Below are positions 31,435-41,032 of a stretch of DNA of 64,000 nt, piece by piece. Source of the stretch: Escherichia coli (GTDB lineage Bacteria > Pseudomonadota > Gammaproteobacteria > Enterobacterales > Enterobacteriaceae). Made by a program: the position numbers and the translations under genes. The notes beneath the pieces were generated by a model, which was given only the letters and a program-made list of their open reading frames with translations, did not search any database and was not told the DNA's origin. The stretch is taken from assembly GCF_003790525.1 (NCBI RefSeq), contig NZ_CP033634.1, one strand, 5' to 3'. Each line of letters opens with the position of its first letter. Position 1 is the stretch's first letter.

Positions 31435-32523
31435 CTATTCAGTTAGCATGAGCTTTGCTTTAAGAAACGTAAGTTTGATGTCATCAGTTTTGGTGAACTT
31501 GAACTTACCGTCAGTAGAAGCGTTAAACCTTTCAAAATAGTATTCAAGTAGCGGATCGTACCTGCCACCGTGAACCCAAGTGTAGAACTTACCAAGTTCA
31601 TAACGTAACTCTTTATCAAGTTCAGATCTTATTCTCAGCTCACTATCGTTTGCTAGTTCAACGATGTTCATTTCTTGAAGGTTCGTCTTAATCTCTTCAA
31701 TCAGAGGTAGGAGGGATTCTTTATACTTATCAGCCAATGGTACAAGGTCAGCGTCAGTTACTTCCGCTTCAAAAATCATAATCAGGTCGTCAATCTCCCC
31801 GTTATAGTAATCGTTATCTAATCGTTTTTCTGACTCAGTACGAAGAACATAGAGTTGTTCTAAAGGATCTAATTTAGTCTCAATTTTTTCTTTTGAAAGT
31901 TTGTGTTGATACTCAACAAACAGCGTTTCAATCCTATCAGCAATAACATCAAGATACTCATATCGAATTCTGAGAAATTCCAACAGCTCATTGATATTGA
32001 GGTTTAACGTTAGGTCTTCTTTACCCACATCTCGACTGTACAAATGAACACTCAAATCGCCAGTGTTGAAATGACTTTGAAATGGCCAACTTGCGAAACG
32101 CTTTGAGTTTTCTTGATTCAGATTTACGGGGTGAGCACCGAAACACGCCCTGATAGTTTTAAAATAATTATTATCATCTTCATTAGCGAAGAGGCGATCT
32201 TTGAAACATTTCTTTTCACCATAAAACGGATCTTTCTTATCAGTTATAAACACTCGATGGAGTTGTTTTATTGACTCGAAAATAAGGTCTATTGAAGAGA
32301 TCAGAGAGTAGACCTGCATACATCTACTATCTATGTTCTTGTCAAACTCAGGCGCATTTTCTAAGTGGCGAACAGAGACAGAGATCCAATCCATAGCAGA
32401 GCAAACGAGGTTAAAAAGATTCTTACCACCTTTATCTTTGTATATTTGATACACAAAGCTAGAGTTTGAGTTAACTAAGTCTCGAAAATCACTGATTTTA
32501 TCGTCACTAACAACGTTTCTCAT
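31435..32523 (-). CDS. Hypothetical 362-aa protein, candidate abortive-infection effector (Rx5H HEPN-like motif)
   Basis: Long clean ORF in a low-GC segment; RACFGAH fits the Rx4-6H HEPN pattern; no other family recognised. Confidence 0.6.
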   Translation of the reverse strand: MRNVVSDDKISDFRDLVNSNSSFVYQIYKDKGGKNLFNLVCSAMDWISVSVRHLENAPEFDKNIDSRCMQVYSLISSIDLIFESIKQLHRVFITDKKDPFYGEKKCFKDRLFANEDDNNYFKTIRACFGAHPVNLNQENSKRFASWPFQSHFNTGDLSVHLYSRDVGKEDLTLNLNINELLEFLRIRYEYLDVIADRIETLFVEYQHKLSKEKIETKLDPLEQLYVLRTESEKRLDNDYYNGEIDDLIMIFEAEVTDADLVPLADKYKESLLPLIEEIKTNLQEMNIVELANDSELRIRSELDKELRYELGKFYTWVHGGRYDPLLEYYFERFNASTDGKFKFTKTDDIKLTFLKAKLMLTE

Positions 32524-32958
32524 TCTCTAATCGCCTTCTAACCAATTGAAAATATTATGAAGAATGGCAAAAATGATAGTGATAGTTCTTCAATTCTTCA
32601 ACTTCTTTTTTGATTTGAAGTGAAGTGATACGCTGGGTTTTGTCACTTAGTTAGATTTGAACGATGAGGATCTCTAGCCAGTTGTATTGCTAGGCATTAT
32701 CCGAAGACAAATAGAAGAACTGAACCTCGAAGTAACTTTTATCCTAGGACGTGCTGAAGCTGGTCTCCGCAAACTTGTGATCTAGGCCAACACGCCTTTG
32801 CCCCCAAAACATTTAAAGCTATCCCTCATCACACCTTGCTAACTCGTTACTTGCCCGAATTTTTGTAATGAGCCAATATGCTATTAGTTGGTTATCCACT
32901 TAATTGTTTTATCAATTTATTTGATGACAATTTACACCATGTGTTCAAGGTATTGATT

Positions 32959-34059
32959 ATGGAATTACAGACAAGGCTAGTTTTTATCGATACAAGCGCT
33001 TTTGAAAAGAAAAACTATCAATTTGGGCAACACGCTCTTGGTCGTCTTCAAGAACTAATTGAGGATGAGAAAATCCACTTGCTCATTACTGATGTGACAA
33101 GGAAAGAGATCGACTCCCATCTCAAACACAAATCTGAAGAAGCAGCTTCTATGATAAAGAAGATGCAAAGAGATGCGATGTTCCTAAGAAACACCCCCGA
33201 CCTTGATTGTCATGGCATCTTCACCAAGATTAAAGGTGATGATATTTATGCTGTTATCAGTGAAAAATTTGATGATTTCGTCGAAAACGGCTACGTCGAA
33301 ACAATTGATGTAAGCACTGTTAACCCTCAAGTTGTATTTGATGCTTACTTCAACAACCTTCCTCCTTTTGGCAAAGAATCAAAAAAGCACGAGTTTCCTG
33401 ATGCATTTGCGCTAGAAGCTATTAAACAGGTGAGCTTGGCTAGAGGATATTCAGCCTATATCGTTAGTGACGACGGCGATATGAAATCATTCTGTGAGAA
33501 AGAAGATAACTTCATTCATCTTGAAAATGTCGATGACCTAATTGACTTGATTGTTCGAAGCGACAAAGCGTACGAAGAACCAGCCAAATTTGCTGATGAA
33601 ATATTCGAACAACTCCTAGAACAAATCAAAGCGGATGCCCTGCAAGCTCTCGAAGATGGCGAGTTCAACTATGAAAACGCAGATCCTTTCGATGAGACTA
33701 TCAATTCTATAGAAATCAACTCGGTGAATGTTGGGAAGAAAAACTTACAGAATGTCGATGCCGAGTGGGCTGAATACGAAGTAGAATTTGAGGTGGTTGT
33801 TACGGCAGATTATCGATTCTCAGATTATGACCGTTCACCTTGGGACCCTGAAGACAAGCAATATGTATTCGTCTTGAGTAATGAGTCAACAGTAAAACAC
33901 AAAGAAACATACACTGCCCACATAACACTTGCCTATACCGATGGATTAAAAGCTAACGCATACATTGAAGAGTTTTACTTCCAAGATACATATTTTGAGC
34001 TGACTGATAATGACTCCGAAGTCATTAGCTTCAAAGAACTAGATATCAACGGTGAATGA
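32959..34059 (+). CDS. PIN-like domain protein (resembles DUF4935-type PIN-like nucleases); alternative upstream start at 32878
   Basis: N-terminal LVFIDTSAF...LLITDVTRKEI...EFPDAFALEAI...YIVSDDGDM pattern of acidic residues on a PIN-like scaffold; stop lies 2 nt before the next gene. Confidence 0.6.
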   Translation: MELQTRLVFIDTSAFEKKNYQFGQHALGRLQELIEDEKIHLLITDVTRKEIDSHLKHKSEEAASMIKKMQRDAMFLRNTPDLDCHGIFTKIKGDDIYAVISEKFDDFVENGYVETIDVSTVNPQVVFDAYFNNLPPFGKESKKHEFPDAFALEAIKQVSLARGYSAYIVSDDGDMKSFCEKEDNFIHLENVDDLIDLIVRSDKAYEEPAKFADEIFEQLLEQIKADALQALEDGEFNYENADPFDETINSIEINSVNVGKKNLQNVDAEWAEYEVEFEVVVTADYRFSDYDRSPWDPEDKQYVFVLSNESTVKHKETYTAHITLAYTDGLKANAYIEEFYFQDTYFELTDNDSEVISFKELDINGE

Positions 34060-34060
34060 C

Positions 34061-34529
34061 ATGAAGCTATATGTAATAGGTAATGGCTTTGATGTTCATC
34101 ATGGCCTTGACACTAGGTATACATCTTTTGGGCTTTATCTCAAAAATAACTACTGGGAAACTTATGAACTATTGCTCGACTATTACGGGTTTGCTGACTT
34201 AGACCCAGATTTTCCAACAACAATGTCAGACCCTTTATGGTCTGAATTTGAAACGAGTATGTCACTGCTTGATAAAGATTCAGTTTTGGAAGCAAACATG
34301 GATGCAATGCCAAACTATTCTTCAGATGACTTTCGAGACAGAGACCGATACACGCTTGAAATTGAGATGGAGCGAATACTTGGCCTTCTAACCACTGAAC
34401 TGTATAAAGCATTCAAAGAGTTCATTTTGGCTGTACAGTTTCCTCAGTTTGATCACAGCCGATCAGTAAACATTGATAGAGACGCTGTTTACCTCACATT
34501 CAACTACACAGATACGCTTTCTCAATACT
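34061..34529 (+). pseudogene. AbiH-like abortive infection gene, truncated at codon 156 by IS2
   Basis: N-terminus MKLYVIGNGFDVHHGLDTRYTSF matches the recalled AbiH N-terminal signature; the frame runs into the IS2 left end at 34530. Confidence 0.6.
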
Positions 34530-34620
34530 TAGACTGGCTCCCTGAATCTCCAGACAACCAGTATCACTTAAATAAGTGATAGTCTTAATACTAGTTTTTA
34601 GACTAGTCATTGGAGAACAG

Positions 34621-34986
34621 ATGATTGATGTCTTAGGGCCGGAGAAACGCAGACGGCGTACCACACAGGAAAAGATCGCAATTGTTCAGCAGAGCTTTGA
34701 ACCGGGGATGACGGTCTCCCTCGTTGCCCGGCAACATGGTGTAGCAGCCAGCCAGTTATTTCTCTGGCGTAAGCAATACCAGGAAGGAAGTCTTACTGCT
34801 GTCGCCGCCGGAGAACAGGTTGTTCCTGCCTCTGAACTTGCTGCCGCCATGAAGCAGATTAAAGAACTCCAGCGCCTGCTCGGCAAGAAAACGATGGAAA
34901 ATGAACTCCTCAAAGAAGCCGTTGAATATGGACGGGCAAAAAAGTGGATAGCGCACGCGCCCTTATTGCCCGGGGATGGGGAGTAA
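34621..34986 (+). CDS. insC: IS2 OrfA (InsC)
   Basis: [56 protein letters not shown]... Confidence 0.92.
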
Positions 34987-35849
34987 GCTTAGTCAGCCGT
35001 TGTCTCCGGGTGTCGCGTGCGCAGTTGCACGTCATTCTCAGACGAACCGATGACTGGATGGATGGCCGCCGCAGTCGTCACACTGATGATACGGATGTGC
35101 TTCTCCGTATACACCATGTTATCGGAGAGCTGCCCACGTATGGTTATCGTCGGGTATGGGCGCTGCTTCGCAGACAGGCAGAACTTGATGGTATGCCTGC
35201 GATCAATGCCAAACGTGTTTACCGGATCATGCGCCAGAATGCGCTGTTGCTTGAGCGAAAACCTGCTGTACCGCCATCGAAACGGGCACATACAGGCAGA
35301 GTGGCCGTGAAAGAAAGCAATCAGCGATGGTGCTCTGACGGGTTCGAGTTCTGCTGTGATAACGGAGAGAGACTGCGTGTCACGTTCGCGCTGGACTGCT
35401 GTGATCGTGAGGCACTGCACTGGGCGGTCACTACCGGCGGCTTCAACAGTGAAACAGTACAGGACGTCATGCCAGGAGCGGTGGAACGCCGCTTCGGCAA
35501 CGATCTTCCGTCGTCTCCAGTGGAGTGGCTGACGGATAATGGTTCATGCTACCGGGCTAATGAAACACGCCAGTTCGCCCGGATGTTGGGACTTGAACCG
35601 AAGAACACGGCGGTGCGGAGTCCGGAGAGTAACGGAATAGCAGAGAGCTTCGTGAAAACGATAAAGCGTGACTACATCAGTATCATGCCCAAACCAGACG
35701 GGTTAACGGCAGCAAAGAACCTTGCAGAGGCGTTCGAGCATTATAACGAATGGCATCCGCATAGTGCGCTGGGTTATCGCTCGCCACGGGAATATCTGCG
35801 GCAGCGGGCTTGTAATGGGTTAAGTGATAACAGATGTCTGGAAATATAG
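34944..35849 (+). CDS. insD: IS2 OrfB (InsD) transposase catalytic part (expressed as OrfAB frameshift fusion)
   Basis: DDE integrase-like ORF overlapping orfA in the -1 frame. Confidence 0.92.
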
Positions 35850-35957
35850 GGGCAAATCCAGTGATATCCAATTCATTCAGTCTGTAAACACAATAGTGGA
35901 CATTCTCACATTGTCAAACGTGTATAGTTAGAGAGTGGAAGTAAAAGTGTATGGGTG

Positions 35958-36056
35958 GTTATTGCTGAGTACGATGACCGGTTCGTTGCGAAGGTCCGGG
36001 CGGAAAACTTTTTCACATGAGGCGTAGAAACTGTTGATATCAGCCAGTGCAAACAT
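35958..36056 (-). pseudogene. impB: impB 5' portion (first 33 codons)
   Basis: MFALADINSFYASCEKVFRPDLRNEPVIVLSNN matches the recalled UmuC N-terminus; the ATG overlaps the impA stop. Confidence 0.75.
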
Positions 36057-36493
36057 CAGCGTAACTCCCGCGTCCTGTGTATCACGTGAGTGACAACACC
36101 AAAAATACAGATGTTTTCCGGATACAGTGTGCGGAACTCCGGGCTGTCTGAAACCGGCTCCAGTGCCGGGCGTGGGCGCAACAGCAGTCGTTTGACGGTG
36201 AACTCACCATCGATCTCAGCGATAACGATGTCCCCGTGTTGTGGTTTTTCGGCCCTGTCCACTACCAGCAGATCACCATTCTGCACGCCAGCCTGGTTCA
36301 TCGATTCACCGCTGGCGCGCAGAAAGAAGGTGGCTGCAGGTCTGCTGATGCAATAGCTGTTCAGATCCAGTTCCTGCTCAGCATAATCAGTGGCAGGCGA
36401 AGGAAAACCGGCCAGGCAACGATCGGCAAACAACGGTCGCACGTAACTGTCATTGCCTGAAGGGTCAGCCGGACGGTGATAAACGGTACTCAT
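36056..36493 (-). CDS. impA: ImpA (UmuD-like, LexA-type S24 peptidase fold)
   Basis: 145-aa product aligns with recalled UmuD (FPSPATDYAEQELDLN...GESMNQAGVQNGDLLVVD...GDIVIAEIDGEFTVKRL). Confidence 0.88.
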   Translation of the reverse strand: MSTVYHRPADPSGNDSYVRPLFADRCLAGFPSPATDYAEQELDLNSYCISRPAATFFLRASGESMNQAGVQNGDLLVVDRAEKPQHGDIVIAEIDGEFTVKRLLLRPRPALEPVSDSPEFRTLYPENICIFGVVTHVIHRTRELR

Positions 36494-36738
36494 GCTGCAG
36501 GCAGCCAGCTGTCGTCCTGCCAGATTTCTTCCAGCAGAGACAGGATACGTTCTTTATCCTTGTCGTTGCGGGCTCCTGTGACAGATACAGACGGGGCGCT
36601 GCCCTGGTCTATACGCAGCCAGATTTCCGGGTAGTGTGGTTTCAGACGTCGTTCGATTTCATTCTGTAGCGCCTGAAGTGTGCCTGATTTGAGGTTTTTT
36701 GTGCTCTGGCGGTCGAAAAGAATTTCAATGCGGATCAT
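36490..36738 (-). CDS. impC: ImpC, small first gene of the impCAB operon
   Basis: 82-aa ORF from ATG 36738 with GGAG upstream; stop overlaps the impA start; sits between the LexA box and impA. Confidence 0.7.
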   Translation of the reverse strand: MIRIEILFDRQSTKNLKSGTLQALQNEIERRLKPHYPEIWLRIDQGSAPSVSVTGARNDKDKERILSLLEEIWQDDSWLPAA

Positions 36739-36761
36739 GTTCTCATCTCCCTTTTCTTTTG

Positions 36762-36777
36762 CTGTATGTATATACAG
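36762..36777 (-). promoter_or_regulatory. LexA (SOS) box CTGTATGTATATACAG upstream of impC
   Basis: Perfect CTGT-N8-ACAG palindrome 24 bp upstream of the impC start. Confidence 0.7.
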
Positions 36778-37378
36778 TATTCTAATAACTGAATCCACAC
36801 ACAGTCAAATGTCATTATTGTGACTAAAAAACGCTCAATTCTCTGAGGGTGTGGCTGTATGCCTGCTGTGGACTGCTGTGTCCAGCTTATCCACAGCATT
36901 TTGCGCACGGTTCTGTGAATAAAATACCTGGTTACCCAGGCCGTGCCGGCACGTTAACCGGGCTGCATCCAATGCAAGTGTGTCGCTGTCGCCGGCATCC
37001 TCACCAGGTCACTCAGCAGTCAGGGAGAAAAATGGCGGATGAAGTATGACGGAGACGGTCGGGCAAGTGCCCGTTTCTTTTCCGACAAAGGATGTCGCCG
37101 TGCTCCTCTTTTTACTGCGCCGGCTGACGCGGCGCGGCATAAACGCTGCCTGTGGTCAGTGTCCCGCGTCCGGCGGGCACGGGACGGGCGCTTTTACCGC
37201 TCCCGGCTGGCACCGGTGACAGTGTACGCCAGCCCGTCGCCCTTTTCTGATGAACGCCCTTCAAGCCGCTTTCGCGAATGAAAGGGACATCTTATTCGGT
37301 CTTTACGCTGGAGAGTTACTTTGGAAGACTGCGTCAACACGATGATAAGCGTACAAAGCCATTGTTAAGGGATCCTCT

Positions 37379-38395
37379 ATGACTGTTGTTACTGTCGGTA
37401 TTGATTTAGCTAAAAATGTGTTCGCTGTGCATGGCGTTAATGCTGCAGGAAAAGCTGTTTTAGTTAAGCCTCTTGTGCGTCGGGCTAAATTGCTTGAATT
37501 GATTGCAACACTTCCAGCATGTCTGATTGGAATTGAAGCATGTACAGGTGCACATTACTGGGCAAGAGAGTTCCAGAAAATGGGGCATACAGTTCGAATT
37601 ATGGCGCCGCAACTGGTTTCTCCATACCGTATGGGTGGCCGTCATGGGAAAAATGATGCTGCAGATGCCGCTGCCATTTGTGAAGCTGTTACCCGTCCTA
37701 ATATGCGGTTTGTTCCCATAAAATCAGTTGAGCAGCAAGGGCAGTTATTTGTACACAGAGCTCATCAGGGATATGTCAGTGAGAGAACAGCATTGATTAA
37801 TCGCATCCGGGGATTGCTCAGTGAGTTAGGTATTGTTCTCCCGCAGGCGTTTAAAGCGTTTTTATCCGGGGTGGCTCAGGTCCTTGAGGATTTGCCCGGT
37901 TACTGTAATCAGGTTATTGGTGATCTTCTTAATGAGCTTTATCACATAGAAGAAAAGATTAAAAACAGTGAAAAACTCATTCAGCAACTTGCCAGAGATA
38001 ACTCAGCAGCACAACTACTAATGCAATTCAGGGGGATAGGCCCGATGACTGCAACAGCAATCGTTGCCAGCATAGGTAATGGTCATGATTTCAAGAACGG
38101 ACGTCAGTTTAGTGCCTGGCTGGGGCTAACACCAAGACAACAAAGTTCCGGGGGGAAAGCACGGTTAGGGAGAATAACTAAAGCCGGCGACAGCTATCTC
38201 AGAACACTTCTTGTTTTGGGGGCGAGATCTGTATTGTTGGGAGCAGCTAAAAATGATGATCCGGTCAGTCGATGGGCCCTGCAGTTAAAAGAAAGGCGAG
38301 GATATGGACGAGCGCTTGTTGCGATAGCAGCAAAAAATGCACGTATGTGCTGGGCAATGTTGCACCTGAGAGATGAATTCAGATTTCCTGCCTAG
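37379..38395 (+). CDS. IS110-family transposase/recombinase
   Basis: 338 aa; N-terminal RuvC-like segment (VGIDLAKNVFAVHG...IGIEACTGAHYW), NDAADAAAICEA motif and C-terminal GIGPMTATAIVASIGNGHDF segment; element ends not determined. Confidence 0.85.
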   Translation: MTVVTVGIDLAKNVFAVHGVNAAGKAVLVKPLVRRAKLLELIATLPACLIGIEACTGAHYWAREFQKMGHTVRIMAPQLVSPYRMGGRHGKNDAADAAAICEAVTRPNMRFVPIKSVEQQGQLFVHRAHQGYVSERTALINRIRGLLSELGIVLPQAFKAFLSGVAQVLEDLPGYCNQVIGDLLNELYHIEEKIKNSEKLIQQLARDNSAAQLLMQFRGIGPMTATAIVASIGNGHDFKNGRQFSAWLGLTPRQQSSGGKARLGRITKAGDSYLRTLLVLGARSVLLGAAKNDDPVSRWALQLKERRGYGRALVAIAAKNARMCWAMLHLRDEFRFPA

Positions 38396-39091
38396 TCTAC
38401 TGATTATTAATGAGTTTATGAAATTGATTTCTTTCCTTGCATGACGACTGCACGATGATGATTTAAAAGGTTTGGACCTGCGCCATGGTTTACTCGAGAT
38501 ATGCAAGAGGCTGCCATGTTTATGTGGATATCTGTTTCGCGGATGGAGTCTATGGCGTGCGTCTTTCGTCAGGGTTCGTTGCTAACAACAGCACGTTAAT
38601 AACCGTTTATAGGCTCGCTGTCCGTAACCTTTTACTCTGACTGTGCAAGTTGTGTGCAGAAATCAATCTCATGATAGATAAAAGAATTATTCCACTGTTG
38701 CACCTGGAGTGTTCGGTGCTCGCTTTGCTGCGCTCCGCCTCAATCCAGTTGCAACAGCGTTTAATTAAAAGCATTAAGGCTTGTGTCATTGCGTACTTGA
38801 GCTATGCAGGAGATTTTTATTGGTTCTCTGTTTCGCGGATGAAGTCTCTGACATGAGCCTTTCTCTCATAAAAATCGTTCTATTTCATATTGATATATTA
38901 ATTTCATCATCATCGTTGACTCTGCAACAGATGTCCTTATAGGCATAGCCTTGCCGTCAAAAAGACGACGGCTGCGGTATTCCACGGTCGGCCTGACCCG
39001 TTACCGGACGCGGTGAACAGCCCACAGGCAGCGGGGAACGGGCACCACAGGGGTGCCCTCCCGGTGCCTTCTGTAAGAGAAGGAGGCTTTT

Positions 39092-39775
39092 ATGTCCCGT
39101 TTTATCCTGGGTGACTGCGTGCGAGTTATGGCCACGTTTCCGGACAATGCTGTCGATTTCATCCTCACCGACCCGCCGTATCTCGTCGGTTTCCGTGACC
39201 GTTCCGGGCGCACCATTGCCGGTGACGTTAACGATGACTGGTTGCAACCTGCCAGCAATGAGATGTACCGCGTACTCAAAAAAGACGCTCTGTTGGTCAG
39301 CTTCTACGGCTGGAACCGTATTGACCGCTTTATGGCGGCCTGGAAACGCGCCGGATTCAGCGTGGCAGGGCACCTCGTGTTCACCAAAAACTACACATCC
39401 AAATCTGCGTATGTCGCGTACCGCCACGAATGCGCCTACATCCTGGCAAAAGGCCGTCCACGTCTGCCACAAAACCCGCTGCCGGACGTGCTGGGCTGGA
39501 AATATTCGGGCAATCGTCATCACCCGACGGAAAAGCCTGTTACCAGCCTGCAACCGCTGATTGAGAGCTTCACACACCCGAACGCAATTGTGCTGGACCC
39601 GTTTGCAGGCAGCGGCTCAACCTGCGTTGCCGCCCTCCAGTCCGGACGCCGGTATATCGGTATCGAGCTGCTTGAGCAGTATCACCGTGCCGGACAGCAA
39701 CGACTGGCTGCCGTTCAACGGGCCATGCAGCAGGGGGCCGCGAATGATGACTGGTTTATGCCGGAGGCTGCGTAA
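39092..39775 (+). CDS. Orphan DNA methyltransferase (N6-adenine/N4-cytosine class, DPPY motif)
   Basis: FILTDPPYLVGF motif IV and C-terminal FAGSGST AdoMet-binding motif; AGGAGG before the ATG; no adjacent endonuclease gene. Confidence 0.8.
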   Translation: MSRFILGDCVRVMATFPDNAVDFILTDPPYLVGFRDRSGRTIAGDVNDDWLQPASNEMYRVLKKDALLVSFYGWNRIDRFMAAWKRAGFSVAGHLVFTKNYTSKSAYVAYRHECAYILAKGRPRLPQNPLPDVLGWKYSGNRHHPTEKPVTSLQPLIESFTHPNAIVLDPFAGSGSTCVAALQSGRRYIGIELLEQYHRAGQQRLAAVQRAMQQGAANDDWFMPEAA

Positions 39776-39997
39776 ATGAACTATGCCGGACACGAAAAAC
39801 TTCGCGCCGAAGTGGCGGAGGTGGCCAACACCATGTGTGACCTTCGGGCCAGGCTGAACGATATGGAGCATCGCTGTCGTTTTGATTCCGATGTGCTTGT
39901 TGAACGCCTGACACGCCAGACGCTGTATCGCGCCAATCGCCTGTTTATGGAGGCGTATACCGAAATTCTTGAACTGGATGCGTGCTTCAAAGATTAA
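39776..39997 (+). CDS. Hypothetical leading-region protein
   Basis: 73-aa ORF starting 1 nt after the methyltransferase stop. Confidence 0.5.
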   Translation: MNYAGHEKLRAEVAEVANTMCDLRARLNDMEHRCRFDSDVLVERLTRQTLYRANRLFMEAYTEILELDACFKD

Positions 39998-40009
39998 GGG
40001 GGAGACGAA

Positions 40010-40444
40010 ATGTACGGAACATGCGAAACACTCTGCCGGGAGCTGGCAGCGCAGTATCCGGGAGACACGCCGCTGATGCTGGTTGTCTGGTCCCCGGAAG
40101 AGATTCAGGCACTGGCTGACGGTATGGAAATTTCTCTGACCGATCATGAAATCAGGACCGTCCTGTCGCGCCTGGAGGACATCCCGGAAGACCAGCGGAG
40201 TGAATCCGGTATTTCTTCTGCCGCTGCGATGGAGATTATCAGCAACGTGAGCGAAAACCGCCAGGTGACCGTCCCTGCTGAACTGCTGGCGTCCCTGATT
40301 CAGACCGCCGAACAGGCACTGTGGAAACGTGAATGGGCCGCCCGTGATAACGGCCTTGCCGTCCCGGAATGTGTTACCCGCCGTCAGGCAGTGATTAATC
40401 AGGCCCGCACCCTGCTGAAAAACAACACACACGAAAACAACTGA
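40010..40444 (+). CDS. Hypothetical leading-region protein (paralogue of the ORF at 41921-42343)
   Basis: 144 aa; shares the ...R.VTVPA..L...... block with the 41921 ORF. Confidence 0.55.
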   Translation: MYGTCETLCRELAAQYPGDTPLMLVVWSPEEIQALADGMEISLTDHEIRTVLSRLEDIPEDQRSESGISSAAAMEIISNVSENRQVTVPAELLASLIQTAEQALWKREWAARDNGLAVPECVTRRQAVINQARTLLKNNTHENN

Positions 40445-40558
40445 TGTTATCGCCGCCTGCCCTCTGCCATTCAGAGACTGACCGGAACCGGGGCGGAACT
40501 GGTACTGTCCGGCAGTCAGTGGCAGTCGCTGCCGGTACTTCCGGCAGACGGAACGCAG

Positions 40559-41032
40559 GTGTCTTTCCCGTATGCCGGAGAATGGCTGACCGAAGACGAA
40601 ATCAGGGCTGTTCTTGATGCGGTGCACGATGCGGTACGAAGCATCTGTTACCAGGTGGCAGAAGATACGCGGCGTATCCGGGCGGCGCTGACCACCACCG
40701 GTCAGACGTTGCTGACCCGCCAGACGCGCCGCTTTCGCCTGGTCGTGAAGGAAAGCGATCATCCCTGCTGGCTCGATGAAGATGACGAAAACCTGCCCGT
40801 AGTGCTCGATGTCATCGTGAACCGGGGCGCACGTTTTTCGGCAGTGGAAATGTACCTGGTCAGCGATTGTATTGAGCATATCCTGTCCAGTGGGCTGGCC
40901 TGCGATGTGCTGCGTATACCGGATGAACCGCCCCGCCGCTGGTTTGACCGTGGTGTTCTGCGGGAGGTGGTCCGGGAAGCCCGGACCGAAATCCGCAGCA
41001 TGGCGGATGCCCTGGCAAAAATCCGTAAATGA
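40559..41032 (+). CDS. Hypothetical leading-region protein (GTG start)
   Basis: 157-aa ORF in the same orientation as its neighbours. Confidence 0.5.
   Translation: MSFPYAGEWLTEDEIRAVLDAVHDAVRSICYQVAEDTRRIRAALTTTGQTLLTRQTRRFRLVVKESDHPCWLDEDDENLPVVLDVIVNRGARFSAVEMYLVSDCIEHILSSGLACDVLRIPDEPPRRWFDRGVLREVVREARTEIRSMADALAKIRK

Larger units (their letters stand above)
34530..35860 (+). mobile_element. IS2 (IS3 family, 1331 bp)
   Basis: Left end TAGACTGGC..., right end ...GGGGCAAATCCA; flanks ATACT and GTGAT differ, so no 5-bp duplication. Confidence 0.95.
31027..35957. mobile_element. 4.9-kb AT-rich insertion in impB with 6-bp target duplication and imperfect terminal inverted repeats; carries three candidate defence genes and IS2
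   Basis: GTTATT at 31021-31026 and 35958-35963 (both encode the NN of the conserved LSNNDGC motif); left end CACCGTTACACGTTTTAC versus reverse complement of the right end CACCCATACACTTTTAC; composition visibly lower in GC than the flanks. Confidence 0.6.

Noticed and set aside
35017-35420. ORFs antisense to, or in alternative frames of, IS2 orfB
   Set aside because: Within a known IS whose two real genes are already assigned.
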